Source: an uncultured virus (IMG/VR IMGVR_UViG_3300043803_001397)
Lineage: Duplodnaviria > Heunggongvirae > Uroviricota > Caudoviricetes
Length of the DNA: 64,000 nucleotides
IMG/VR virus record: IMGVR_UViG_3300043803_001397
Direction: 5' to 3' (one strand)
Shown here: piece after piece, positions 1 through 8,407 of the stretch
How positions within the stretch are numbered: the stretch's first letter is position 1
How the letters are laid out: every line of letters starts with the position of its first letter
Notes under the pieces: generated by a model
What the model was told of the DNA's origin: nothing
Database searches by the model: none
What the model saw: only the letters and a program-made list of their open reading frames with translations
Translations under genes and position numbers: made by a program

Positions 1-2
1 CA

Positions 3-212
3 CCTATAAAATATCTGATAGGATATTTACCAGAAGAAGACTGGTCTAGTTTCAAAAAGATAAAAGAAGAAGAAGAAACTAAAGAATCTATTGATGTTAT
101 AGATTTAATAAGTTTTTTAGAATATGAAGAAGGATATACAGTTGATCCAAAAAGTCAAAAACGTATACGAACTAAGCTTGAAGAACTTGGAGTGTGGAAA
201 AAGAATAAATAA
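3..212 (+). CDS. 3' end of a hypothetical protein, truncated by the window edge
   Basis: Frame open from position 3 (PIKYLIGYLPEEDW...LGVWKKNK) to TAA at 210-212; same strand as downstream genes; not in the ORF track. Confidence 0.65.
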   Translation, partial: PIKYLIGYLPEEDWSSFKKIKEEEETKESIDVIDLISFLEYEEGYTVDPKSQKRIRTKLEELGVWKKNK

Positions 213-229
213 CATAAAATAAATAAACA

Positions 230-1258
230 ATGGAACTAGAAAGCATAATGGAAGAATCTGTAGAACTTTTAGAAAAAAGTTTCTATAATAAGAAGTTTTA
301 CTACTCATATAGTAGTTTAAATAAACTTTTATGGAGTCCTCAAGTGTTCTATCAACTTTATGTACTTGGTCTGAAAGAAGAAAGAATGGAACAACATCTA
401 TTACAAGGTAAGCTTATTCACCTTCTTCTATTAGAACCTGAGAAGTTTAATCAAAAGTTTATAATGACACCACTTACACTACCTAAAGATAATCTAAAAG
501 TAGTGATTGATAGAGTGTATCATCATCATGCAGAGCTAAAACGTAACGGTGATGAGCGTGCGGAACTTGCTGAGTTTGAAGGAGCTATACTAGATGTGAT
601 GAAAGATATGAATTATCATCAAAGTTTAAAGACTGATCAGCAAAGATTAGATAAAATAATAACACCTGAAGGAATTAGTTACTGGAGCTTTCTACAAAAG
701 AAAGGTGATAAAACACTCGTTGATGCAGAAACCTATAAATATTGCTCTGATGCTGTAGAAATAATCAAAACAAATGATAAAGTTTGCAAACTGATAGGCT
801 GCAGTATATCAGAGTTTGAGAATAAAAAAGTAATTAATGAGCTAGAAGCATCTGTAGATTTTTCTAGCAAGTCATATGGATTAAAGGGCATCATTGATAA
901 TGTAGTGATAGATCATGATGAAAAAATGATATATATCAATGATATTAAAACTACTAGTAAAGAGTTAAAAGATTTTAGTGAATCTGTAGAATACTATTCT
1001 TACTGGTTACAAGCTGTAATTTATATGATTATGGTAAACTTTTTATTCAATGATCTTCTAGGTCAAGGATATCAAGTTAAGTTTCACTTTGTTGTAATAG
1101 ATAAAATGTTTCAAAGCTATGCATTTCCTGTTTCTGAAGAAACATTAAATAAGTGGTTAGATAGATTTCATCAATGCATAGAAAAAGCAGAGTGGCATCT
1201 TAAAAATAAAAGTTATGAACTACCATATGAGTTTGCAAATAGTTTAGTAGTTTTATAA
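230..1258 (+). CDS. PD-(D/E)XK exonuclease, RecE/exonuclease VIII (DUF3799)-like
   Basis: Motifs YSYSSL, GKLIH, LKGIIDNV, INDIKTT, YWLQAVIY. Confidence 0.8.
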   Translation: MELESIMEESVELLEKSFYNKKFYYSYSSLNKLLWSPQVFYQLYVLGLKEERMEQHLLQGKLIHLLLLEPEKFNQKFIMTPLTLPKDNLKVVIDRVYHHHAELKRNGDERAELAEFEGAILDVMKDMNYHQSLKTDQQRLDKIITPEGISYWSFLQKKGDKTLVDAETYKYCSDAVEIIKTNDKVCKLIGCSISEFENKKVINELEASVDFSSKSYGLKGIIDNVVIDHDEKMIYINDIKTTSKELKDFSESVEYYSYWLQAVIYMIMVNFLFNDLLGQGYQVKFHFVVIDKMFQSYAFPVSEETLNKWLDRFHQCIEKAEWHLKNKSYELPYEFANSLVVL

Positions 1259-1269
1259 AATTTTTACTA

Positions 1270-1851
1270 ATGGCAGATAAGTTAGAGAGAAAGATAAGTA
1301 ATTTATACGGTAAATATTTTCAAAAGTCTAAGTCCTTCTTATATCCTGCATTGAATATAAGAAAGAGTAGTGACTTTCCTCCTACAGGTACTTATATGAG
1401 TTTAGAAGGAGTAACTAAAACAGAAGACTGTAAACTTGTATGCTCATATAAAAATGACGAGTCTGAAGACTTTTTACATTTTGAAAAAAAGATGTTGATT
1501 GGTAATCGTTTATTTATAAAAAAGATACCTGTAAAGTCATATAATTTATATCTATTTGATTATCAATCATATACGAATGATTGGTTTAATGTTATAATAG
1601 GAAAATATTCTAAGTTAAGTGTTATACTAAAAGAAGCTATTAAAGAATATTACGGAGAAACTTCTGATGAGTATAAACATATGAAAACATTTCTATATCC
1701 AGATAAATATTATGACATATATGCTCATCTTTTAGATGTAGATATAAGCCTGCTTAAAGACGTTGGAGAACTTTGTGATCCTTGTGATATTGAAAAAGAA
1801 ACATTAATAATTCCTGTAGAAGATTTGGAAATAATACAAAAATTGACTTAG
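1270..1851 (+). CDS. hypothetical phage protein
   Basis: 193-aa ORF tightly packed in the operon; TAG stop. Confidence 0.75.
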   Translation: MADKLERKISNLYGKYFQKSKSFLYPALNIRKSSDFPPTGTYMSLEGVTKTEDCKLVCSYKNDESEDFLHFEKKMLIGNRLFIKKIPVKSYNLYLFDYQSYTNDWFNVIIGKYSKLSVILKEAIKEYYGETSDEYKHMKTFLYPDKYYDIYAHLLDVDISLLKDVGELCDPCDIEKETLIIPVEDLEIIQKLT

Positions 1852-1856
1852 ATTTG
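1824..1856 (+). promoter_or_regulatory. putative Bacteroidota sigma-A promoter (TTTG-N21-TAGATTTG)
   Basis: TTTG at 1824-1827 and TAnnTTTG at 1849-1856 fit the -33/-7 consensus; lies 20 nt upstream of the ATG at 1877. Confidence 0.5.
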
Positions 1857-1876
1857 TAAAACTAATTTATATAACT

Positions 1877-2281
1877 ATGAATAAATGTATGATGCTAGTT
1901 ACCGGCACATGGGGTAACACTAAAACTTTTAAGATGATTCCTACATCATCTGACTGCCCATTTGTAGAAGCAATCTTTGACCGTGATAGCAAAGTGCTTG
2001 CATTGATTGGTAGAGAAAAGAAAGAAAGTATGCACTTCTTTCCTAAGCTTGATGAGAATGGTGATATTAAGTACCTAAAGATGGGAAGACGTAAAGATGG
2101 TAAAGACTATGCTGAAGAAAGAAAAAGTCTTGAAAGCTATTATGAATATTATATTGAAGAACCCAGTGAGATTGTAGATATTGTAAGTAGACTAGCTTTA
2201 AATGCAGATACATTTGACTTCAATTCTTATATTGAATTGTCTAATACTGTAGAAGAATCTACTGATCAAGTAAATAAATAA
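1877..2281 (+). CDS. hypothetical phage protein
   Basis: 134-aa ORF upstream of polB. Confidence 0.75.
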   Translation: MNKCMMLVTGTWGNTKTFKMIPTSSDCPFVEAIFDRDSKVLALIGREKKESMHFFPKLDENGDIKYLKMGRRKDGKDYAEERKSLESYYEYYIEEPSEIVDIVSRLALNADTFDFNSYIELSNTVEESTDQVNK

Positions 2282-2283
2282 AA

Positions 2284-2565
2284 ATGGGAATTGTTATACC
2301 TCCAATGCGTCCTATAATAGTTAAAGGTGGTGTTGCTTTATCAAATAATCACACTCTTCTAGAAAATGCTATTGGTATACTTTTATTAATTATATTATGT
2401 AGTATACCGCATACAATACTCTGGTACTATCTAGAAATTATAGAAGAAAAAAAAGAGGATAGACCCAAATTAATTATTAAATCGTTTATTCACAATTTCT
2501 TTTTGTACACAAGTGTTTTCATTTTTTTTGGACTTTGCTATTTAATTATGAATAAATTTCTTTAA
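2284..2565 (+). CDS. small membrane protein with two predicted TM helices
   Basis: Hydrophobic segments AIGILLLIILCSIP and FFLYTSVFIFFGLCYLIM. Confidence 0.6.
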   Translation: MGIVIPPMRPIIVKGGVALSNNHTLLENAIGILLLIILCSIPHTILWYYLEIIEEKKEDRPKLIIKSFIHNFFLYTSVFIFFGLCYLIMNKFL

Positions 2566-2615
2566 AGATATTTAATAAAAAAGGGGGAACAGCTTAACTG
2601 AACAAATCATTCCAT

Positions 2616-4559
2616 ATGAGTAATGAAACTCAGAGGACCCATTGGGTCATGGACTATGAAACAATAGTTAATTGTTTTGTAGGTGTATTTGTCCATTATA
2701 AAGATGATACTGTTAAGCACGTCTTTATAGTTAATAGAGACAGAAACGATATAGAAAAACTTGTCGCATTTCTACAAAAATGTGCGACAAATAAAGAGTG
2801 GCACATATCCTATAACGGATTAGCTTTTGATGCCCAGATTACCCAGTATATTCTAAATAACGCAAAAAGATTAGTATCTCTTACAACAGATAGTCTTGTA
2901 ATTGAATTATATAGATATGCTCAGTCTGTAGTGAGTAGAACAGATAGAGGAGAAATGCATGACTTTCCTCCATTTAAACTATCTATTAAGCAAATAGATT
3001 TGTTTAAGATGAATCACTGGGATAATAAAGCTAAGATGAGTAGTCTTAAATGGATACAATATTCCATGGATTGGACTAATGTAGAAGAGATGCCACATCC
3101 TCACTATGAACCTGTAGATGATGCTGAGACACTTAAAAATATAGTTAGCTATTGTTTAAATGATGTTCTTTCTACTAAAGAAATTATGGTATTTAGTAAG
3201 GAACAAATTGTTCTAAGACAGACACTAACAAATGAATATAATATTGATTTGTATAGTGCATCTGAACCTAGAATATCTAAAGAGCTATTCTTGTATTTCT
3301 TACATAAAAAGCTAGCCTGGAACAAATCTGATATTAAAATCATGAGAACACCCAGGCAGTATATAATCTTGGCAGATTGTATACTACCTTACATAAAGTT
3401 TAAAACACCTGTATTTCAAAGTGTACTTGACTATTTCCGTACAAAAGTGATTACATCAACAAAAGACGGATTTAAACACACTATAGAATATAAAGGAGTT
3501 AAAACTGACTATGGATTAGGTGGTATACATGGTGCAGCTGACTGCGGTGTTTATGAGGCTAAAGCAGGTTGGACTATAATGACATCTGATGTCATTAGTT
3601 TCTATCCTAATTTAGCTATCAAAAACGGATTTCATCCTGCACATCTACCTAAGAAAGAATTTTGTGAACTGTATGAATGGATATTTGAGGAACGTAAAAA
3701 GATTCCTAAAACAGATCCTAAGAACTACGTTTATAAGATTATTCTTAACTCTACGTACGGACTAACTGGCGATGAAAATAGTTTTTTGTATGATCCTAAA
3801 ATGACCATGCAAATCACTATAAATGGTCAGCTTAGTCTAAGTATGTTATATGAGATGATATGTGAAGAAATTCCAGATGCTATACCTCTAATGCAAAATA
3901 CAGATGGTCTTGAAACAATGATTCCTAGTCATAGTGTAGGTAAGTATATGGATATATGTTCTAAATGGGAACAACTTACTAAATTATCTCTAGAGCATGA
4001 TCAGTATTCTAAAATGATCATCCGTGATGTAAACAACTATATTGCTATCACTAAAGAAGGTAAAGTTAAATGTAAAGGTGCATTTGAATGGGAAGACTTA
4101 GATAAGAAAAAAGTAGCTGTATTCCATAAAAATAAAAGCTTTCTTATTATTCCTAAAGCTATCTACGCATACTTTGTAAATGGTATTAAACCTGAAGACT
4201 TCTTAGATCAAAATAAAGAACTTACTGATTATTGTGCCGGTGTAAAAGCTAAAGGAGGATGGTATTTTGAAAAAAGAAGTATTCAAGATGGTAAACTGAA
4301 AATAAAACGCTTACAGAAAATTGTAAGATATTATATATCTAACAATGGTGAAAAAATAATTAAGTGTAACAAAGACGGTAGAGAAATACAAGTGGAAGCA
4401 GGAGAATGGATGCAAACAGTAGTAAACTTTATAGATAAAGAAAAACCATTTGAGGAGTATGATATTAATATGAAATACTACTTAGATGAAATATACAAAC
4501 AAATAGAACAAATAGAAAAGGTAAAACCTAAATCATTTACTCAATTATCACTTTTTTAA
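2616..4559 (+). CDS. polB: family B DNA polymerase (compact crAss-like type)
   Basis: Exonuclease motifs DYET, YNGLAFD, YCLNDV; polymerase motifs SDVISFYPN, KIILNSTYG, NTDG. Confidence 0.93.
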   Translation: MSNETQRTHWVMDYETIVNCFVGVFVHYKDDTVKHVFIVNRDRNDIEKLVAFLQKCATNKEWHISYNGLAFDAQITQYILNNAKRLVSLTTDSLVIELYRYAQSVVSRTDRGEMHDFPPFKLSIKQIDLFKMNHWDNKAKMSSLKWIQYSMDWTNVEEMPHPHYEPVDDAETLKNIVSYCLNDVLSTKEIMVFSKEQIVLRQTLTNEYNIDLYSASEPRISKELFLYFLHKKLAWNKSDIKIMRTPRQYIILADCILPYIKFKTPVFQSVLDYFRTKVITSTKDGFKHTIEYKGVKTDYGLGGIHGAADCGVYEAKAGWTIMTSDVISFYPNLAIKNGFHPAHLPKKEFCELYEWIFEERKKIPKTDPKNYVYKIILNSTYGLTGDENSFLYDPKMTMQITINGQLSLSMLYEMICEEIPDAIPLMQNTDGLETMIPSHSVGKYMDICSKWEQLTKLSLEHDQYSKMIIRDVNNYIAITKEGKVKCKGAFEWEDLDKKKVAVFHKNKSFLIIPKAIYAYFVNGIKPEDFLDQNKELTDYCAGVKAKGGWYFEKRSIQDGKLKIKRLQKIVRYYISNNGEKIIKCNKDGREIQVEAGEWMQTVVNFIDKEKPFEEYDINMKYYLDEIYKQIEQIEKVKPKSFTQLSLF

Positions 4560-4569
4560 AATTAATCGT

Positions 4570-5412
4570 ATGCCAGTAAAAACTAGCTTCGTAACAGAAC
4601 AACATTTAAGAACTACACCTCTACCTAACCATGGTGGTAGGTATTCCGCAATTGGACACGGAACAATTATAGATAATGTCCGCACTGAATTAGGTAAAGC
4701 AGGTTTCACTATTGATAAAGAATTATATAAAACCAGCCTTGATGGTCAAGTTGCCCAAGGTATATACCATCTTAACTATGGTGAAGATAAAGATATGGGA
4801 CTAATGTTTGCATGGTCTAATTCATATAACAAAATGATGAGATTTAAATGTGCTATTGGTGGACGAGTATTCATCTGTGACAACGGTGTTGTATCAGGTG
4901 ATCTTGCAAACTTCCAAAGAAAGCACGTAGGTAAAACAGCTTTCGCAGATATGATTTCGTCTATACAATATCAGATTAGTCAAGCTCAAACCTATTATAA
5001 TAGTCTTATAGCAGATAAAGAAATGTTAAAACAAGTAAGTCTTACTCAAGCTCAGAAAGGAAGTGTCGTGGGACGTCTTCTAATTGAACAAGATGTTCTT
5101 ACACTTACACAAGTAGGTATGATACATCGTCAAATAGAAATACCTGCTCACAATTATTCTAGTAATCCAGATTCAGCTTGGGATTTGTACAACCATATAA
5201 CACTTGCTTTAAAAGATTCACATCCAATGACTTATCTTTCAGATCATCAAAAAGTGCACAGCTTTTTTGTAAATGAATTTGGTCAGTTACAAGGTTGGAA
5301 TGAACCTACAGATAATAGTGATGATGGAACACCTGTAGTTTATCAGAGTGAAGAATTAGTTATGATGGAAGAAGAACCAATTGTTAAGGAGTTTGGTGTT
5401 AGTTTTAACTAA
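4570..5412 (+). CDS. DUF932-like phage protein
   Basis: Motifs NSYNK, GGRVFICDNG, RKH and AWDLYNHIT resemble DUF932/DUF945 proteins. Confidence 0.6.
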   Translation: MPVKTSFVTEQHLRTTPLPNHGGRYSAIGHGTIIDNVRTELGKAGFTIDKELYKTSLDGQVAQGIYHLNYGEDKDMGLMFAWSNSYNKMMRFKCAIGGRVFICDNGVVSGDLANFQRKHVGKTAFADMISSIQYQISQAQTYYNSLIADKEMLKQVSLTQAQKGSVVGRLLIEQDVLTLTQVGMIHRQIEIPAHNYSSNPDSAWDLYNHITLALKDSHPMTYLSDHQKVHSFFVNEFGQLQGWNEPTDNSDDGTPVVYQSEELVMMEEEPIVKEFGVSFN

Positions 5413-5429
5413 TATAATTTTTAGTTTAC

Positions 5430-5475
5430 AATAAACAGCTCTATATCTTTTTAGAGCTGTTTATTTTTATTTTTT
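5430..5475 (+). terminator. Rho-independent terminator
   Basis: AATAAACAGCTCTA...TAGAGCTGTTTATT hairpin followed by a T-rich run. Confidence 0.75.
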
Positions 5476-5483
5476 AATATAGA

Positions 5484-5813
5484 TTGTGTATGAATTGGTA
5501 TAAATTAAATGAAGACCATACAACAGAAATGTTACCAAAAGGTGAATTTCCAGATCTTTTGTCAAAAGAAACATTTGATAAAAAAAGAGTGGGTTTAGAT
5601 ATTATATCAGGTCAAGAAATATCTACTGTTTTTTTACAATTAGATCATAACTGGGATCCAAACGGTCAACCAGTTTTATTTGAAACTATGATATTTGGTG
5701 GAGAATATGATGGAGAGATGTGGAGATATTGTACATGGGATGAAGCTTTAGAAGGTCATAATAAAGTTGTAAATTGTCTTAAAGAAAATAAAAATCCAAA
5801 CGAAATAGAATAG
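5484..5813 (+). CDS. hypothetical phage protein
   Basis: ISTVFL...PVLFETMIFGG...RYCTWDEALEGH resembles a widespread small phage family; true start may be the ATG at 5490. Confidence 0.7.
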   Translation: MCMNWYKLNEDHTTEMLPKGEFPDLLSKETFDKKRVGLDIISGQEISTVFLQLDHNWDPNGQPVLFETMIFGGEYDGEMWRYCTWDEALEGHNKVVNCLKENKNPNEIE

Positions 5814-5815
5814 TT

Positions 5816-6655
5816 ATGGCAATAATTGGAATATCAGGTTATGCTGGATCAGGAAAAGACACTGTAGGTAGAATTATTCAATACTTACAATGTGCTAATG
5901 TAGGTAAACTTACATTAGAAGAAATACTAAAAAATGTAGATGAGCATGATTGGTGGTTATCTGAACAGTCTGGTTGGGAAATTAAAAAATGGTCAGGCAA
6001 GCTTAAAACTATAGCTAGTATATTAACTGGTATAGAAGAAAAAAACTTTGAAGATCAAGAGTTTAAGAAAACTTATCTACCTGAAGAATGGAATTATTAT
6101 ACCATATCTCTTATAGATAATGGTAAATTATTAATGCAGCATGGTACATTTAGTACTAAAGAAGAAGCTGAAGCTATTATTCCTATGCTTAAACAAACAT
6201 ATGGTGTATTTAGAATGGAATATGTAGTGGGAATGAAACATATGAGTGTTAGAGAGTTCTTACAAAAACTAGGTACTGATGCTATTAGAAATGGACTGCA
6301 TCCTACTGCATGGGTGAATGCTCTTATGTCTGATTATAAACCTATTAATAATTGTCAAAAACATTCAGATGGGTTGTATTATACAGATGAACATGGAGAA
6401 AATGAAGTAATTCCTCAATACCCTAACTGGATTATTACAGATAGTAGATTTACTAATGATGCTAAAGTTGTTAAAGATGCGGGTGGTATTATGATACGTG
6501 TAGACCGTCCTGGAGTTATTGCAGTAAATGAACATCCATCTGAAACACAGTTAGATGATTACAATTTTGATTATAAGATTCTTAATGGTTCAGATTTAGT
6601 ATCTTTGATGTTCACTGTACATAATATTTTAAAAAAAGAAAAAATACTACAATGA
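5816..6655 (+). CDS. deoxynucleoside monophosphate kinase
   Basis: P-loop GISGYAGSGKDT, REFLQKLGTD, WIITDSRFTND, HPSET. Confidence 0.85.
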   Translation: MAIIGISGYAGSGKDTVGRIIQYLQCANVGKLTLEEILKNVDEHDWWLSEQSGWEIKKWSGKLKTIASILTGIEEKNFEDQEFKKTYLPEEWNYYTISLIDNGKLLMQHGTFSTKEEAEAIIPMLKQTYGVFRMEYVVGMKHMSVREFLQKLGTDAIRNGLHPTAWVNALMSDYKPINNCQKHSDGLYYTDEHGENEVIPQYPNWIITDSRFTNDAKVVKDAGGIMIRVDRPGVIAVNEHPSETQLDDYNFDYKILNGSDLVSLMFTVHNILKKEKILQ

Positions 6656-6834
6656 CATTATTACAGAAACAAGCTATTAAGTGTGCATACGCAGACCTAA
6701 AAGGAGCACTAGAATGTTATGAAAGAGGAATTTATCATGAGCATGATTGGGAAGCACATAAGCTTAGTATAGAAGAACTTGAAGATGAATTCAAATTTTT
6801 AACAGATGAAAATATAACAAATGAAAATAAATAA
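6652..6834 (+). CDS. hypothetical protein
   Basis: ATGA overlap with the kinase gene. Confidence 0.6.
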   Translation: MTLLQKQAIKCAYADLKGALECYERGIYHEHDWEAHKLSIEELEDEFKFLTDENITNENK

Positions 6835-7066
6835 CTTAACAGAAATGGAAATCAAGTTTATGCATTATAAACTTGGTATATTAGGTAGTGGTATGACTGC
6901 TCTTATAGATGCAATATTTAAATTAGATAGATCAAATAGAAATAAGATAGCTCTAGGTTTTCCTGAATTGGTTACAATTTGTAACCGGTTTAATGATGAA
7001 AACGGTTATTGGGAAGATTTGGAAAAGAGATTTGAAGAACAATTTAATTCTAAAACTAGTTTATGA
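6821..7066 (+). CDS. hypothetical protein
   Basis: 81-aa ORF overlapping both neighbours. Confidence 0.65.
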   Translation: MKINNLTEMEIKFMHYKLGILGSGMTALIDAIFKLDRSNRNKIALGFPELVTICNRFNDENGYWEDLEKRFEEQFNSKTSL

Positions 7067-7281
7067 AAGATAGATGTATAATTTGTGACAAGATCACTTT
7101 ATATGATGTTACCGATCATATAGATTCCAGATATGGATATATTGAAGGTGCTGGTCAGCTATGTATAGATTGCTATGAAAAAGAAACAAAATGCGTACAA
7201 GTACCTGTATCTGAAATAGTTAATACACCTAATGATATGGAATTAGGTAATAAAGTTAGAAAGTTATATAATAATTTATGA
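7063..7281 (+). CDS. small zinc-finger protein
   Basis: CIIC...YIEGAGQLCIDC (two CxxC pairs). Confidence 0.7.
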   Translation: MKDRCIICDKITLYDVTDHIDSRYGYIEGAGQLCIDCYEKETKCVQVPVSEIVNTPNDMELGNKVRKLYNNL

Positions 7282-7553
7282 AGCATCCTAAAGAAGGTCT
7301 TAACACACTTCACTCAGATACGTGTGTTAAGGTTTTTGATCCAGAGTTAAAAAAGTTAATAGGTATCTATCCTAGTTATGCAAAAGCTAGTAATAGACTT
7401 GGTATAGATGCTAAAACTATTTTACAGAAATGTGGAAGTAAGAAAAGAGTACATTCTCCTACTTATGGAAAAGAAGTTGCTTGTAGATTATCTAAAATGG
7501 AACCAGAATACAAAGAACAAATTTTAATAAGTAGATCTAATTTTTTAAAATAA
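7278..7553 (+). CDS. NUMOD1/HTH-like DNA-binding protein
   Basis: KLIGIYPSYAKASNRLGI resembles the NUMOD1 helix-turn-helix; no nuclease domain seen. Confidence 0.5.
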   Translation: MKHPKEGLNTLHSDTCVKVFDPELKKLIGIYPSYAKASNRLGIDAKTILQKCGSKKRVHSPTYGKEVACRLSKMEPEYKEQILISRSNFLK

Positions 7554-7560
7554 GAATAAT

Positions 7561-8094
7561 ATGATATTAAGTGACAAAGCTATTTTAGAAGAAATCAAAA
7601 CAGGTGGTATAGTGATAGAACCACTAAATCCTGCACATGTAAATCCAAACAGTGTAGATCTTACATTAGCACCTCAATTTAAAGTTTATAAAGAGGGTGT
7701 ATTAGATCCTAAAAAACCCAATGAAACTATTGAGCTCACTATTCCTGAAGAAGGGATAATACTATATCCCGGTGAAGTGTATTTATATGCTTGTAATGAG
7801 CGTATAGGAGTGAAGAATAATATACGTGCAAAGGTAGAAGGAAAGAGTTCTTTAGGACGCCTGGGACTATTCATACATGTAACAGCTGGGTTTATAGATA
7901 CAGGGTTTGAGGGAAGTTTAGTTCTAGAATTAGTAGCTACACGTGCTGTAAAAGTCTATCCTAATATGAAGATTTGTCAAATAGAATTTGCTCGTGTAGA
8001 GGGAGAAATCTTAGAGACATATGATCAAAAGTCTGGAAGTAAATACAATGGTCAAACAGGTGTACAAGAATCAAAATATCATCAAAACTATTAA
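7561..8094 (+). CDS. dcd: dCTP deaminase
   Basis: MILSD, NPNSVDLTL, EGKSSLGRLGL, AGFIDTGFEG, LEL, ICQI, KYNGQ. Confidence 0.92.
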   Translation: MILSDKAILEEIKTGGIVIEPLNPAHVNPNSVDLTLAPQFKVYKEGVLDPKKPNETIELTIPEEGIILYPGEVYLYACNERIGVKNNIRAKVEGKSSLGRLGLFIHVTAGFIDTGFEGSLVLELVATRAVKVYPNMKICQIEFARVEGEILETYDQKSGSKYNGQTGVQESKYHQNY

Positions 8095-8210
8095 AATACA
8101 AAATAATAAATATAATGATAATAAAATGCTAAAAGAACTTATAACCCATGAACATGCTAATAAAATAACTTAAACGTAGCTTATAATCACAAGTAATAAA
8201 AATTAAATAT

Positions 8211-8393
8211 ATGAATATACACTTTGGTTTGTTAGAAAAAGAAAACTCATTACTAGGTATAGAATATAAATACCTTAAAATGTTTGAAGATGCTGGAAAA
8301 GGAAGAGTTACGCTTAATAATTATCATGAAATTTCTTTTGGTTTAATATTTTTAAGATTGGTATTTACTATACCAGAAAAAAAGGGGAGTTAA
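8211..8393 (+). CDS. hypothetical protein
   Basis: 60-aa ORF whose stop lies inside the terminator hairpin. Confidence 0.55.
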   Translation: MNIHFGLLEKENSLLGIEYKYLKMFEDAGKGRVTLNNYHEISFGLIFLRLVFTIPEKKGS

Positions 8394-8407
8394 TTCTCCC
8401 CTTTTTT
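8377..8407. terminator. bidirectional terminator at the convergence of the replication and virion modules
   Basis: AAAAAAAGGGGAG-TTAATT-CTCCCCTTTTTT. Confidence 0.88.

Noticed and set aside
230..1258. Cas4 or CRISPR adaptation gene
   Set aside because: No Fe-S cysteine cluster pattern and no array; fits a phage RecE-like exonuclease
7278..7553. Homing endonuclease or intron
   Set aside because: Only a NUMOD1-like motif is present; no HNH or GIY-YIG domain, and flanking genes are uninterrupted
8095..8210. tRNA or ncRNA in the intergenic gap
   Set aside because: AT-rich, with no cloverleaf, T-loop motif or strong stems seen
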